In this document: in pieces, positions 10,595-19,481 of the stretch
Position numbering within the stretch: position 1 is the first letter of the stretch
Layout of the letters: every line of letters begins with the position of its first letter
IMG/VR virus record: IMGVR_UViG_3300022377_000098
Coordinates: 1-64,000 of that record
Length of the DNA stretch: 64,000 nt
Strand: one strand, 5' to 3'
DNA from: a virus
Lineage: Duplodnaviria; Caudoviricetes
Program-made: the position numbers and the translations under genes
The notes under the pieces: generated by a model
Told to the model about the DNA's origin: nothing
Seen by the model: the letters and a program-made list of their open reading frames with translations, nothing else
Database searches by the model: none

Positions 10595-11783
10595 CCTTTC
10601 CGTTTGTTTGATGTTTGGTCATATCCTCTGCCTTGATATAATTAAGACTTACAAGGCGCTTGTCGCCGTTCTCTACCGGTGCATATCCCAGCAGTTCGCG
10701 GTATTCATTTGTAGTCAGTAAACCAAGTTCTTTAGTATCCGTTACAATATTCAGCTTCGTCTGCCAGCTTGCGCCGGTGGCTGCACCGCCAAAAATCAGA
10801 ATTTTATTGCCGAAGTTCTTTTCTGATTGGCTGAACAGTGCCGTTGTAAACGCCTGACTCATAGCCAGCCAGCGTGGCTCAATAATTGCGTCATAGTAGT
10901 TCTGCATGGTTTGTTCTGATGCTGTGTTGTTCACAACTTCGCGCGGCGTACGCCAGTAACTGTAAAGCCTGTCTGTAATCTGCTGCATTTGCGCGGCGTT
11001 TGCTGCCCATGTTGACACAGACAGTGGAACATAATTTTCCGTTGCATCCAGTGAAACAATGCCGCCGTTTTTGGCCGCGTCGCTCATACGTGATACAAAT
11101 TCATCCTGTGATTTCTTTACATCATCCGGTGAAAGCATGGTCTCCTTTTGCTTAATCATTCCGAAAATCTTTCCGGAAACATTGGTTGCAGAGGACAAAC
11201 CTTCATCTATGTTCTGCACCATTTGAATTGTTTCAGTAACAGGTGCATTTCCATTACCCGCAATGCCCGAAGCGTCATAATGTCGGCGCAGGATTACCAT
11301 ATCTTCCAATGGTAAAAGGTGCTGTTCTCCGTCCATATCGTAAAACTGCACTGCGTACCCGCCGCCAATAATTTGCCGAAATTCAAACTGCTGATAAGCA
11401 ATCGGCCATATTGCTTTCGGGTTTATGGCTTCATCCCACTGAATCCACGCAAGTGCTGTGTTTTTTAAGTCCAACTGCCAACTCGTCGCATACAGGAAAT
11501 CGTAAGTAGACATTAAAGGGTTTGGCTGCTGAAACAGCTTCGTGTAAGGGCTGCTGCGGTTGATTTGCTTTACACGCCCCTGTTTGTCCTGCACAACGTG
11601 GAACACTTGTGCTTTTGCCGTGTGTGTAGCATTACAATCCAAAATCGCCCGCGTGATTTCCTGCCCGTCAATAGCCCCGTTCCACAGTTTTGAATGTGCA
11701 CCGATGCCAGAAATATATGTTGTTTGTTGATTTGTTTTCTTTGGAAAAAACCTGCTGAAAATTCCCACTGTATCACCTCGCAA
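10572..11783 (-). CDS. Portal protein (HK97 family)
   Basis: PNPLMSTYDF; 403 aa; directly after TerL. Confidence 0.9.
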   Translation of the reverse strand: MRGDTVGIFSRFFPKKTNQQTTYISGIGAHSKLWNGAIDGQEITRAILDCNATHTAKAQVFHVVQDKQGRVKQINRSSPYTKLFQQPNPLMSTYDFLYATSWQLDLKNTALAWIQWDEAINPKAIWPIAYQQFEFRQIIGGGYAVQFYDMDGEQHLLPLEDMVILRRHYDASGIAGNGNAPVTETIQMVQNIDEGLSSATNVSGKIFGMIKQKETMLSPDDVKKSQDEFVSRMSDAAKNGGIVSLDATENYVPLSVSTWAANAAQMQQITDRLYSYWRTPREVVNNTASEQTMQNYYDAIIEPRWLAMSQAFTTALFSQSEKNFGNKILIFGGAATGASWQTKLNIVTDTKELGLLTTNEYRELLGYAPVENGDKRLVSLNYIKAEDMTKHQTNGKDDGENAV

Positions 11784-13452
11784 GACTTAAAATATACTCG
11801 GAATGATTTTGCAAGCCTACCCATGCATTCAGCAGTGAAATCATTCCATCTATGCGCCGGTTGCGGGCGCTTTTCACTGGCATAACGGAGTCTATGCCGT
11901 CTTTATTTCTGCTTTTTACAGCCGTGTTTAAAAGGCACCAGCGAAGCATTGGATTATTCTGATAAATTACCCGGTGTTCCTCAAATGTGCCTTGCAACAG
12001 CTTCATTGGGTAAGTCCACGTAAAAGGTCCCTGCCGGATTTTTTCCATGTTAAAGCCTGCTTCCGTCATTTGCGGTGCCCAGTAACCAGACAGCGCCGCA
12101 TCATAGCACACCCTCAAAGGACGAATGTCATGCTGTTTCACCATGTCTACAAACCACGCTGTAACGGCATTGTAGTCAACAGTTGCACCGGGGCATATCG
12201 TAAGCCATCCCAATTCTGCCCAACGCTGATAAGGCGCTTCACGGTCACTGTTGCTTGCACCACCCAACGCGTCTATTTTAGACTGCGGAATAAAATACTT
12301 TTGCAGAACGTAATAGTTTTCATCTTTCGGCTTCACAATCAGCAGTGTGGCACAGGTAAGGTCTGTTGTTGCTGACAGGTCACACCCGCCGATTGCGTAA
12401 CTGTGTTCCAGATAAGACATCGGTATCACGGCTTCATTGACTGCCTGTTCAAATGTAAGCCAGCCGGTACTGCTGTTTTCAAAAATATTGAAGTCTTTTG
12501 TCAGCAGTGTAGGGAGAAACGACGGGTCACGTTTAGCTTGTTCAACGTGTTCCCGCAGTGTTTGCAAACTCTTAATTTGTCCAAGCCCCGGGTTTGCCTT
12601 TTCCCAGCAGTCTTCTTTTGTCCATTCATCCCGGCTGTCCAGTTCGTAAATCAGCGGAAGCGTGCGGAAATCATGGAAACCATCATCCCACATTGCAATA
12701 TGAGAAGCGAATGTATATTTATCGTCGAAGAATGCTTCCCTTCGGAAACCGTTTGTAGAAATCATCCAGTAAAGCGGCTGTTCTCGGAAAGACTGGGATT
12801 GCTTCATTACGTCATATAGTTCAGAGTCCGGTTGTTCGTGCCATTCATCCTGACAAACAAAGGAAGCGTTTAAACCGTCCAGATTGTTTGACTTTGCGGC
12901 AAGGACTTTAATGATTCCAAAATTGTGGCTGCAATAAATATCACACCGCCGCTTTCGCTCTGTATCCTTTAGAGCCGGTGACTGTGCCCGCATATTACAG
13001 ACTTCCTGAAATACCTGTCCTGCTTGGTCGCGGCTGTTTGCAACGCAGTAAATTTCGGGGCCGTTCTCTTTGTCATCCAGCAGCATATCATGCAGCACTG
13101 CGGCTGTTTCTGTGGATTTCCCACACTTTCGCCCCCGCACGTCTATAACCTCACGAAAGCGCCGCAAATTGTCCTTGTCTACCCAGCCAAAAACAAGTTG
13201 TAGTTTTGCCAGCTGAAATAATTCAAACTGGATTGGCTGACCGCCGCGCTTCCCCTTACTCTGCTTACAGAAATGCTCCATAAAGTCAATGTGGTGCTGT
13301 CCAAGTGCCGCATCAAAATGATAAGGGAAATTGGGCGGTGGATTGTCCATCCACCTGCATTCCCGCTCATAAACAGCAGTAACTTTTTTATCAGATGCTA
13401 TTTTGCCGTCTTGAATGGCTTCCAGATACTTCTTTGGCCAATTCACAATCAC
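11773..13452 (-). CDS. Terminase large subunit
   Basis: GRKCGKS Walker A, DG.NAS...QDEWH, RRIDGMISLL motifs. Confidence 0.93.
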   Translation of the reverse strand: MIVNWPKKYLEAIQDGKIASDKKVTAVYERECRWMDNPPPNFPYHFDAALGQHHIDFMEHFCKQSKGKRGGQPIQFELFQLAKLQLVFGWVDKDNLRRFREVIDVRGRKCGKSTETAAVLHDMLLDDKENGPEIYCVANSRDQAGQVFQEVCNMRAQSPALKDTERKRRCDIYCSHNFGIIKVLAAKSNNLDGLNASFVCQDEWHEQPDSELYDVMKQSQSFREQPLYWMISTNGFRREAFFDDKYTFASHIAMWDDGFHDFRTLPLIYELDSRDEWTKEDCWEKANPGLGQIKSLQTLREHVEQAKRDPSFLPTLLTKDFNIFENSSTGWLTFEQAVNEAVIPMSYLEHSYAIGGCDLSATTDLTCATLLIVKPKDENYYVLQKYFIPQSKIDALGGASNSDREAPYQRWAELGWLTICPGATVDYNAVTAWFVDMVKQHDIRPLRVCYDAALSGYWAPQMTEAGFNMEKIRQGPFTWTYPMKLLQGTFEEHRVIYQNNPMLRWCLLNTAVKSRNKDGIDSVMPVKSARNRRIDGMISLLNAWVGLQNHSEYILSLAR

Positions 13453-13832
13453 TTAGCACCGCCGCCATTGACAAAATCTATCATTTCGGCTGCTGCATCT
13501 CGGTCGCCTGTATCCGGCAGCAGTTCCAGCAGCTGTCGTGTCACAGCGCTGTATGTTTTTGTGTACCGCTCCACCAAATCGGCTGCAACGCTTTTTTTCG
13601 TGCCGGACTGGTGTTCCCCGTTCTGATAAACGTCCACAAAGCCATCACGCATGATGATTTTGTTCAGTTCGTCCAAACATACAGCCAGAAAAGCGGCCTG
13701 CTCAATCAGTCCTGCAGCAGCTTTCAGCTTCACCGCGTCTGCATCTTTCAGAATTTTCTTGAATTCGGAACGCTTTCTTTTAATCATCTTTTCGCGCTCC
13801 GCTTCGGTATAAATATGCTCAAAATTTGCCAT
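13449..13832 (-). CDS. Terminase small subunit (P27-like)
   Basis: G...YQNGE.QSGTKKS.A motif; upstream of TerL. Confidence 0.75.
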   Translation of the reverse strand: MANFEHIYTEAEREKMIKRKRSEFKKILKDADAVKLKAAAGLIEQAAFLAVCLDELNKIIMRDGFVDVYQNGEHQSGTKKSVAADLVERYTKTYSAVTRQLLELLPDTGDRDAAAEMIDFVNGGGAK

Positions 13833-13954
13833 TTCCCATCACATCCTAACTGCTTTTTACTACACCCACGCGGCAAAATCGCAATCGGTTTTTGGGAGGA
13901 GCATTGCAACGGTCTTCTCTCTGCTTCCCAAATCCGGCACCCGGGGGGGGATAG

Positions 13955-14275
13955 TCATTTCCTAAATTTCGTAAGTTGCCCGTTCTCATCAAAGTAATAC
14001 CGCATATCGCAGTCAATGCTTTTTCTCCCATGCTCTGCCATCGTTAATGTCGTGTGGCACTTATGGCACAGACATTGAAGATTATCAATGTTAAGTGCTA
14101 TGCTCGGGTTGCCTATATTCTCCGGTGTCAGTTCCCGTATATGGTGAACCTCCGTTGCTCTGGCTCCGCAAAAAACGCAGGTAAACATATCGCGCCTTAG
14201 TGCCTGCTGCCTGACTGCTTTCCATACAGCACTGCGATAGAAAGGCTTTGCCCATTCTTTAGCCACTGGTGGCAC
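13955..14275 (-). CDS. HNH endonuclease (cos packaging-associated)
   Basis: FYRS..WK..R, C..C..EVHH...NL..LC..CH; followed by a C-rich cos-like tract at ~13940-13950. Confidence 0.85.
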   Translation of the reverse strand: MPPVAKEWAKPFYRSAVWKAVRQQALRRDMFTCVFCGARATEVHHIRELTPENIGNPSIALNIDNLQCLCHKCHTTLTMAEHGRKSIDCDMRYYFDENGQLTKFRK

Positions 14276-14894
14276 CTTGCTTTTCAGCAGTAGCTTTCAT
14301 GTTTTTGAGTGCCATTAACTTTAATTTGGAAATATAACAGCGTGACACCCCGAACTGTTTTGCAATCTCCTCCTGCGTAAATCCATAAAAGAAATCTAAA
14401 ACAATTACTTGGCGTTGCTTTTCTGGAATGGCAGCAAGTAATGATTGAAGATATATCCGTTTATCACTGTTTACATAAACTTCTTCTGATTCAGTGTCAG
14501 GCAAAATATTTTCGAGCGTACCATTACCATCTTGCAGCGTCGACACATCTAAACTCGTACAATGATTTAACGTTCGCGGCGCAAGGTTTCCTCTAATTCC
14601 TATCAGCTCATTAAAGCAATTCTTTAATGGAAGATTCAAGAACGTTGTAAACTTCCAACTGTTTTCTGGATTGAAATCTCTTATAGCATCTAGCAACGCG
14701 AAAAATGCTGCTTGATTACAATCGTCCAATTCAACGCCACAACTTGCACATTGGTTTTTGTGAGAGTTAAAAAAAAAGTTTGCTTTCTGAAAACAAATTT
14801 TCTTCACGTTTTCCCACAGTTCCGCAATCGCTTCTTTATCTCCGCCTTTGGCTTTTATCGCCAGTTCTTCGTTTGTCATATTTAAAATCACCAT
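14259..14894 (-). CDS. Sigma-70-like late transcription factor
   Basis: MTNEELA..AK.GD..A..ELW, region 2 (DAIRDF....KFTT) and region 4 HTH (TQEEIA..FGVSR..IS). Confidence 0.8.
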   Translation of the reverse strand: MVILNMTNEELAIKAKGGDKEAIAELWENVKKICFQKANFFFNSHKNQCASCGVELDDCNQAAFFALLDAIRDFNPENSWKFTTFLNLPLKNCFNELIGIRGNLAPRTLNHCTSLDVSTLQDGNGTLENILPDTESEEVYVNSDKRIYLQSLLAAIPEKQRQVIVLDFFYGFTQEEIAKQFGVSRCYISKLKLMALKNMKATAEKQGATSG

Positions 14895-15044
14895 TCGGCT
14901 AAAATCAAATTAAAGGGGCATGGAAAATACCCCACATTTGTTAAGCTGCCCTGAAAGGCTTTCGCACGCTTAGAGTGCTATCCAATTTCGCTTGGCTCTC
15001 CGTTTGCGTCCGGCTTTCACGGAAGGATACTGCCCTGCATTGTT

Positions 15045-15103
15045 TGCACTCAGTGGGAGTTGAACCCACAACCGACTAGTGCGGCCACTCCGGTTTAAGC
15101 GCA
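15045..15103 (-). ncRNA. tRNA-like element without D arm or CCA
   Basis: T-arm GTGGG-TTCAACT-CCCAC closing an acceptor-like stem, with one long internal hairpin. Confidence 0.4.
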
Positions 15104-15213
15104 TGGTAAGTGGTAGGTTTTATAGCAACCTGCCACCTTAAGGAGGATAAAATACAGATATAGAAAAAAGGAAACAGATTGGAGGAGCGCAGCGCTGAAT
15201 TTGACGCTGCGCT

Positions 15214-15289
15214 TGGTACGCCATCGGGGACTCGAACCCCGGCTTTCCGAATTTAGAGTTCGGCGCTCTCCCAACTAAGTTAATGACGC
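15214..15289 (-). tRNA. Amber suppressor tRNA (anticodon CUA), tRNA-Lys-like body
   Basis: GCGTCAT TA ACTT AGTTGGGA GAGC G CCGAA CTCTAAA TTCGG AAAGC CGGGG TTCGAGT CCCCG ATGGCGT A CCA; full 76-nt cloverleaf with encoded CCA. Confidence 0.92.
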
Positions 15290-15351
15290 ATAAAGAAAAG
15301 AACCGAAGCAGACAGCCTATTGGCTGAAAGTTTCGGTTCTCTTAGGAACTC

Positions 15352-15504
15352 TTATTTTATGTACCCACTCTGCATATTCCCACAACGCGGGCATTTGACT
15401 TCATAGTATCCGTTAAACTCACCCAGTTTTTTGTTGCACTTTCGGCACCGGGCTTCTCTTAGGACTAATTCCGCTTTTAAGAACGCTTTTTGCTTTTCTA
15501 TCAT
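15352..15504 (-). CDS. Com-like zinc-ribbon regulator (50 aa)
   Basis: EARCRKCNKKLG....EVKCPRCG, Mu Com family pattern; not in the ORF track; near-identical C-terminal part at 45161-45265. Confidence 0.75.
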   Translation of the reverse strand: MIEKQKAFLKAELVLREARCRKCNKKLGEFNGYYEVKCPRCGNMQSGYIK

Positions 15505-15518
15505 CCCATGCACACTTT

Positions 15519-16199
15519 CTATGCCGCTTTAGAAGCAGTGAGTCTAACTTGATACGATTCAAGCAAATGCTTTCTTTGCTGGAAATCTGAAACCGAAACC
15601 AGCAACCCAACGTCTACTTTTTGCAGTAGGTCAAGCATTTTAATTTGTTCGTCTGCCAGATATGGGCGGATGCTCTTTCCCTTTCCAATACCATTAACAA
15701 GTCTGAACTGTTTTGCCGTCATTCCAAGCACAATGCGGTTTAGCATATCAACTTCATTACTGTAATGATATGGTTTTGGATTGTCATACAGTAACTTGAT
15801 GTTTTCGGTTAGCAAGGGAAATTCCTGTTTTGCAGCTTCCAGCGTTTTAATGAATTTCTCCATCTCGTTGAAACGATTGATGTAGAGTTCCTTGAAATGC
15901 ATGGCTTTCTGCCCGGTATATCCCATCGCCAGCATGGTAAATCCGTCACGGGTCATGCAGTAGCACGGCTGCTTTTTATGCTGATTGTTGGTGTATGAGG
16001 ACAGCGCAAAATTGCGCTGTCTAAATTCTTCACTCATCCCAGATGTAGGGCCAGTGATTTTGCGAATATCGCGCAGTACCTCTTTGTGATTTTTCTCAAA
16101 GGAATCAGCCACATACAGGCTGTCTACCCTCGCTGTATCATGGGTATCTGCAAACACTCCGTACTCGTCTTTTGGAATCAGTTCATTCAATATATGCAT
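15519..16199 (-). CDS. Rha-family phage regulator / antirepressor
   Basis: DSLYVA..F.K.H..VLRDI, NFA.SSY, C..MTRDGFTMLAMGYTG.KA..FKE.YI motifs. Confidence 0.85.
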   Translation of the reverse strand: MHILNELIPKDEYGVFADTHDTARVDSLYVADSFEKNHKEVLRDIRKITGPTSGMSEEFRQRNFALSSYTNNQHKKQPCYCMTRDGFTMLAMGYTGQKAMHFKELYINRFNEMEKFIKTLEAAKQEFPLLTENIKLLYDNPKPYHYSNEVDMLNRIVLGMTAKQFRLVNGIGKGKSIRPYLADEQIKMLDLLQKVDVGLLVSVSDFQQRKHLLESYQVRLTASKAA

Positions 16200-16561
16200 A
16201 CCTCCAAAAATAATACTTAAGTAGAGGGAGCGGCAGGGGCTTATCCTGCTCATTCATTATTCCCATAAATACTTTAAACCGTTTCGGTGCCGCTCCCGGT
16301 TCGTGCACCGTTTGCAACATATAATGGGCGGCACAGAAAGGAGTGTAAAGAGCGCCGCCCTGCTTTTACTATATATTAATTGTACATCACAAAAAAATAT
16401 TTCGCATCTAAAAAGCCATTACGAAATTGTGAACACGTACAGGAATTTTTTCTGCTTCAGCTGTCCTGTCTGAAAGCTAAACTTACTGAGAAGCCTTGGT
16501 TGAATCTTCCACTTGGGAAGTGTATACTGAAATTGAAATTATTTTAAAGAAGAGGATTACA

Positions 16562-16780
16562 ATGGGTCAATTTATATTATTGATTATTTCGCGGCTGATA
16601 ATAGGAATTGCTGATAGCATTCAGCAGAAATACCGGAAGCACAAGATGGAGCGTGTCAGGAAGAAACACGAGAAGAGAAACACTCAATCAGGGCTGTGCA
16701 GCACAATGTGTCGTGATATTGCAAACGATGCAGTAGACACAACGCAAGCGCTGATACAGTCACAGCAAAAAGAGCAATAA
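16562..16780 (+). CDS. Small protein with N-terminal hydrophobic helix (homolog at 52929)
   Basis: 72 aa, followed by a hairpin terminator; paralog in prophage 2. Confidence 0.65.
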   Translation: MGQFILLIISRLIIGIADSIQQKYRKHKMERVRKKHEKRNTQSGLCSTMCRDIANDAVDTTQALIQSQQKEQ

Positions 16781-16825
16781 AAAGGGCGGCCTTGCGGTCG
16801 CCCCTCTCGTTTTTAAACTGTGCCT

Positions 16826-17032
16826 TTACTTGCGCCGGATTTCCGGCGGTGCGGTTTTAAAGACAGGGCAGTTATTTGCTGTAGCGCACTTTCCAAAGGC
16901 CGCCAGATCGCACTCGAATCTTCCTTTGGAAAACTTGTTGAAGTCGTCCAGCGTATGTGCATCCATATATTCCACAAAAATTCCATGTTGAGCGTGAAGC
17001 GTTGGGCATTCCCCAAAGACTTTCAAATGCAT
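16826..17032 (-). CDS. Hypothetical protein
   Basis: ATG with GGAGG RBS; co-oriented with the early operon. Confidence 0.5.
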   Translation of the reverse strand: MHLKVFGECPTLHAQHGIFVEYMDAHTLDDFNKFSKGRFECDLAAFGKCATANNCPVFKTAPPEIRRK

Positions 17033-17060
17033 ACAAAATCATCCTCCATACTATTTTAAT

Positions 17061-17687
17061 TCATTCACCCTGCGAGTCGTCAATTTCCTGCAAAGCATCC
17101 CTGATTTCATTCAGATGGTCGAGGTTCATGTTACCGACTTCCTCCTGAATACCGGAAATTTCCTGCAAAATCCTTTGTTCTTCCGTCAGTTCGTCAATGT
17201 CGATACTTCCAATCTGCTCCTGCAATTCCGCAATCTCCTGAAGCAAGTCGCGTTTTGCGGTTAGAGCTGCAATATCGGCATCGGGTTCAACAGCAATTTT
17301 TTGCAGGTCATGTTGCGTATCGGGGCTTGTAGTAGAATCCGCAATAACCAGTGTACCCCCTTCAATCAGCACGTCCACCATTTCAAGTTCATCGGTTCCC
17401 AGTTTCGTTTCGTGCTTAGCTTCTGGGTCGAGGTCGCGTTGCACCTGTGCCCAATCTCCGGAATTGCCAACGGAAATAGTCAGTCCATAGATAGGCGCAT
17501 CCTCCGGGGAAATCGGTTCAAGGTCAACTTCAAACACATTTTCACCGTTTGGGGCTTCATCATAACCTTCATTGGATACCAAACTTGCCGCTACAATTTC
17601 ATAGCAAACTTCTGCGGATTTCCCGGTTTCGCGGTCGAATGTGGTTTTACGAATCTTTCTGAAATTAAACATAGTATGTACCTCCAA
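17061..17687 (-). CDS. Hypothetical acidic protein with C-terminal coiled-coil repeats
   Basis: 208 aa ORF; repeated LQEI motif. Confidence 0.65.
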   Translation of the reverse strand: MEVHTMFNFRKIRKTTFDRETGKSAEVCYEIVAASLVSNEGYDEAPNGENVFEVDLEPISPEDAPIYGLTISVGNSGDWAQVQRDLDPEAKHETKLGTDELEMVDVLIEGGTLVIADSTTSPDTQHDLQKIAVEPDADIAALTAKRDLLQEIAELQEQIGSIDIDELTEEQRILQEISGIQEEVGNMNLDHLNEIRDALQEIDDSQGE

Positions 17688-17843
17688 AAAATTAATGTAA
17701 GTTTTCCGCCAATTCGCGGCGGTTTGCGCTTATGCGGCCTGTGCGGCTCTGTGCCGCCTTTTCCTGCTTGTACTGGTAGTTTTGCTTCTGCTGTGTAAAT
17801 AAGCAGTCCTGCGAATGCGCAGGCAAGAAGAAAACCTATTTCT

Positions 17844-18056
17844 TCAAACATCTTTCTGCCCTCCAATTTCAGAAGCCAGAGCAGCAATATTGTCGCTCAA
17901 TTTTTCAATTGATGTTTCCAACACTTCGAGTGCGGCGGCGGTATCCTTATTAGATGCAAAGGCCAGCGCCCATATTAACACCCGGCATCCGTCAATCCCA
18001 TGAATATTCGTGTACAGGTCACTGCCAATCAATTTCAAGTCACGCATGGTGTGCAC
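17844..18056 (-). CDS. Hypothetical protein
   Basis: 70 aa; overlaps neighbours operon-style. Confidence 0.5.
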   Translation of the reverse strand: MHTMRDLKLIGSDLYTNIHGIDGCRVLIWALAFASNKDTAAALEVLETSIEKLSDNIAALASEIGGQKDV

Positions 18057-18501
18057 CTACTCTTTCAAACTGCCCTGCTACAGGCACACACCCCATTTTA
18101 TAAACTTCAGCCGGTGTAATATCCAAAACATGTGACAGGCAAAATAGGTTGTCCAACGTAAAAACTGATTTTCCATTCAGCTTGCGGCTAATCGTTCCGC
18201 AGGATAAATTCATTTTAACCGCTAACGAATCCTGTGTTATGCGTCTGCGCCTCATTTCTGTTTTGACTGACCGTGCAAGCGTGTCATCGCTATAAGAACG
18301 CGCTTCCAGCATATGCATGAGCCTGCTCACTTCCTGCGCAGGAAGTGATTCAAGCAACCGTGTAGCTTCTTTCAGTTCTGCTTCACAATCAGAATTCGCT
18401 TGCTTTTTCTGTTTCGTTGTGGTATTATTTTCAAATAAAGTGTTTTTACTTGCGCCCTGTGTAGCTGTAGCTGTTGGGGCGCTTTTTTTCTGTTCACTCA
18501 T
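18040..18501 (-). CDS. HTH (XRE/Cro-like) DNA-binding protein
   Basis: EMRRRRITQDSLA.KMNLS.GTISRKLNG..FTL motif. Confidence 0.75.
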   Translation of the reverse strand: MSEQKKSAPTATATQGASKNTLFENNTTTKQKKQANSDCEAELKEATRLLESLPAQEVSRLMHMLEARSYSDDTLARSVKTEMRRRRITQDSLAVKMNLSCGTISRKLNGKSVFTLDNLFCLSHVLDITPAEVYKMGCVPVAGQFERVGAHHA

Positions 18502-18731
18502 GATTGAATCCCTCCTTTTTTAAGTCCCGTAAGCAGTTCCAGCGCCGTTTCAAAACCTTGCTTGAAAGCATCCTGAACACTCTGCAGGTGGCTCTTGACC
18601 ATCAGGTCAACAAGTGTGTCGTTCTGCTCTGTGGAAAGCGGCAAGTCTTTCAAGTAGTCCGAAACAGCCTGAACGGTTTGTATGTATTCCGGCGTTTTTA
18701 CAATTTCAAAAGTTGGCAAAGTATTATTCAT
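18498..18731 (-). CDS. Hypothetical protein
   Basis: ORF in the early operon; overlaps the next start. Confidence 0.55.
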   Translation of the reverse strand: MNNTLPTFEIVKTPEYIQTVQAVSDYLKDLPLSTEQNDTLVDLMVKSHLQSVQDAFKQGFETALELLTGLKKGGIQS

Positions 18732-18756
18732 TTTTGAGTTCCTCCGTTTTGTTTTG

Positions 18757-18972
18757 TTAAGCATTGTTTCTTCCTGCGTTTTCCACAAGCCATTTTTCCA
18801 ACGATTCTTTGGGAATGATGTACCGGCAACCAACTTTCAACGCTGGAAATCCCTGAATATGGCAAAGATTGTTTGCCGCCGGGTAACCAATTCCTAAAAC
18901 GGTGCCCAGTTCTTCAACCGTGTAAGCCAGCTTTTCGGACAGGTCTGCAACGTGTGCTGTTTTCATACGCAA
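18757..18972 (-). CDS. Excisionase-like HTH protein
   Basis: YTVEEL..VLGIG...A..L....GFPALKVG.RYIIPK motif. Confidence 0.75.
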   Translation of the reverse strand: MRMKTAHVADLSEKLAYTVEELGTVLGIGYPAANNLCHIQGFPALKVGCRYIIPKESLEKWLVENAGRNNA

Positions 18973-18999
18973 TTCTTCCTTTCAAATCTGTAGTAGGTT

Positions 19000-19107
19000 T
19001 CACATTTCCGCTGCGCTTGTGGTCTGTTGTCCTTTCCTCACTATGTAGCGGTCTGTATCATCTTCCGGCTTTTCACTTGGCAACTGTCTTGTACTGACAA
19101 TGTCCAT
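19000..19107 (-). pseudogene. 35-aa ORF copying the first ~26 codons of the prophage 2 terminase small subunit-like gene
   Basis: MDIVSTRQLPSEKPEDDTDRYIVRKG is identical to the start of 54497..55378, RBS region included. Confidence 0.6.
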
Positions 19108-19335
19108 GCTTTATTATTCCTCCAAATTTTATAATCAGTGCGTGTTTGTATCTTCGTGTGTCTTTTCCCTTGACCGTGCATCCGTAAGGATGCATTGAGC
19201 AGCGCCGCAGGCGACCTTGACCTAAACATTATTGTTTCAATACGGTATGCGAACAGTAGTTGGCTTGTCTTCTGACAACTCAAAAGCTGGATGCCTGTTA
19301 GAAATCCCTTGACCTGAAAGCGAAGCGCCTTACTA

Positions 19336-19472
19336 TAAGGTCTTATAATATTTAAGGTCTATAGACAATAAGGTCTTTGTATGGACTTTTTATGCCAACG
19401 GTATGGCATTAAAATGCCAACCCTCTTACCATTTTTATGCCTACCGGTTGGACTTTTTATGCCAACGGTATG
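19336..19472. repeat. Origin-like iteron cluster
   Basis: TGGACTTTTTATGCCAACGGTATG twice (19382-19405, 19449-19472) plus AAGGTCT three times, right after the Rep gene. Confidence 0.5.
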
Positions 19473-19481
19473 AGTCTAAAT

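Noticed and set aside
630-14275. Hidden N-terminal amber codons in prophage 1 late genes
   Set aside because: Each ORF begins with a family-typical N-terminus or is coupled to the upstream gene; no TAG-separated upstream extension was found.
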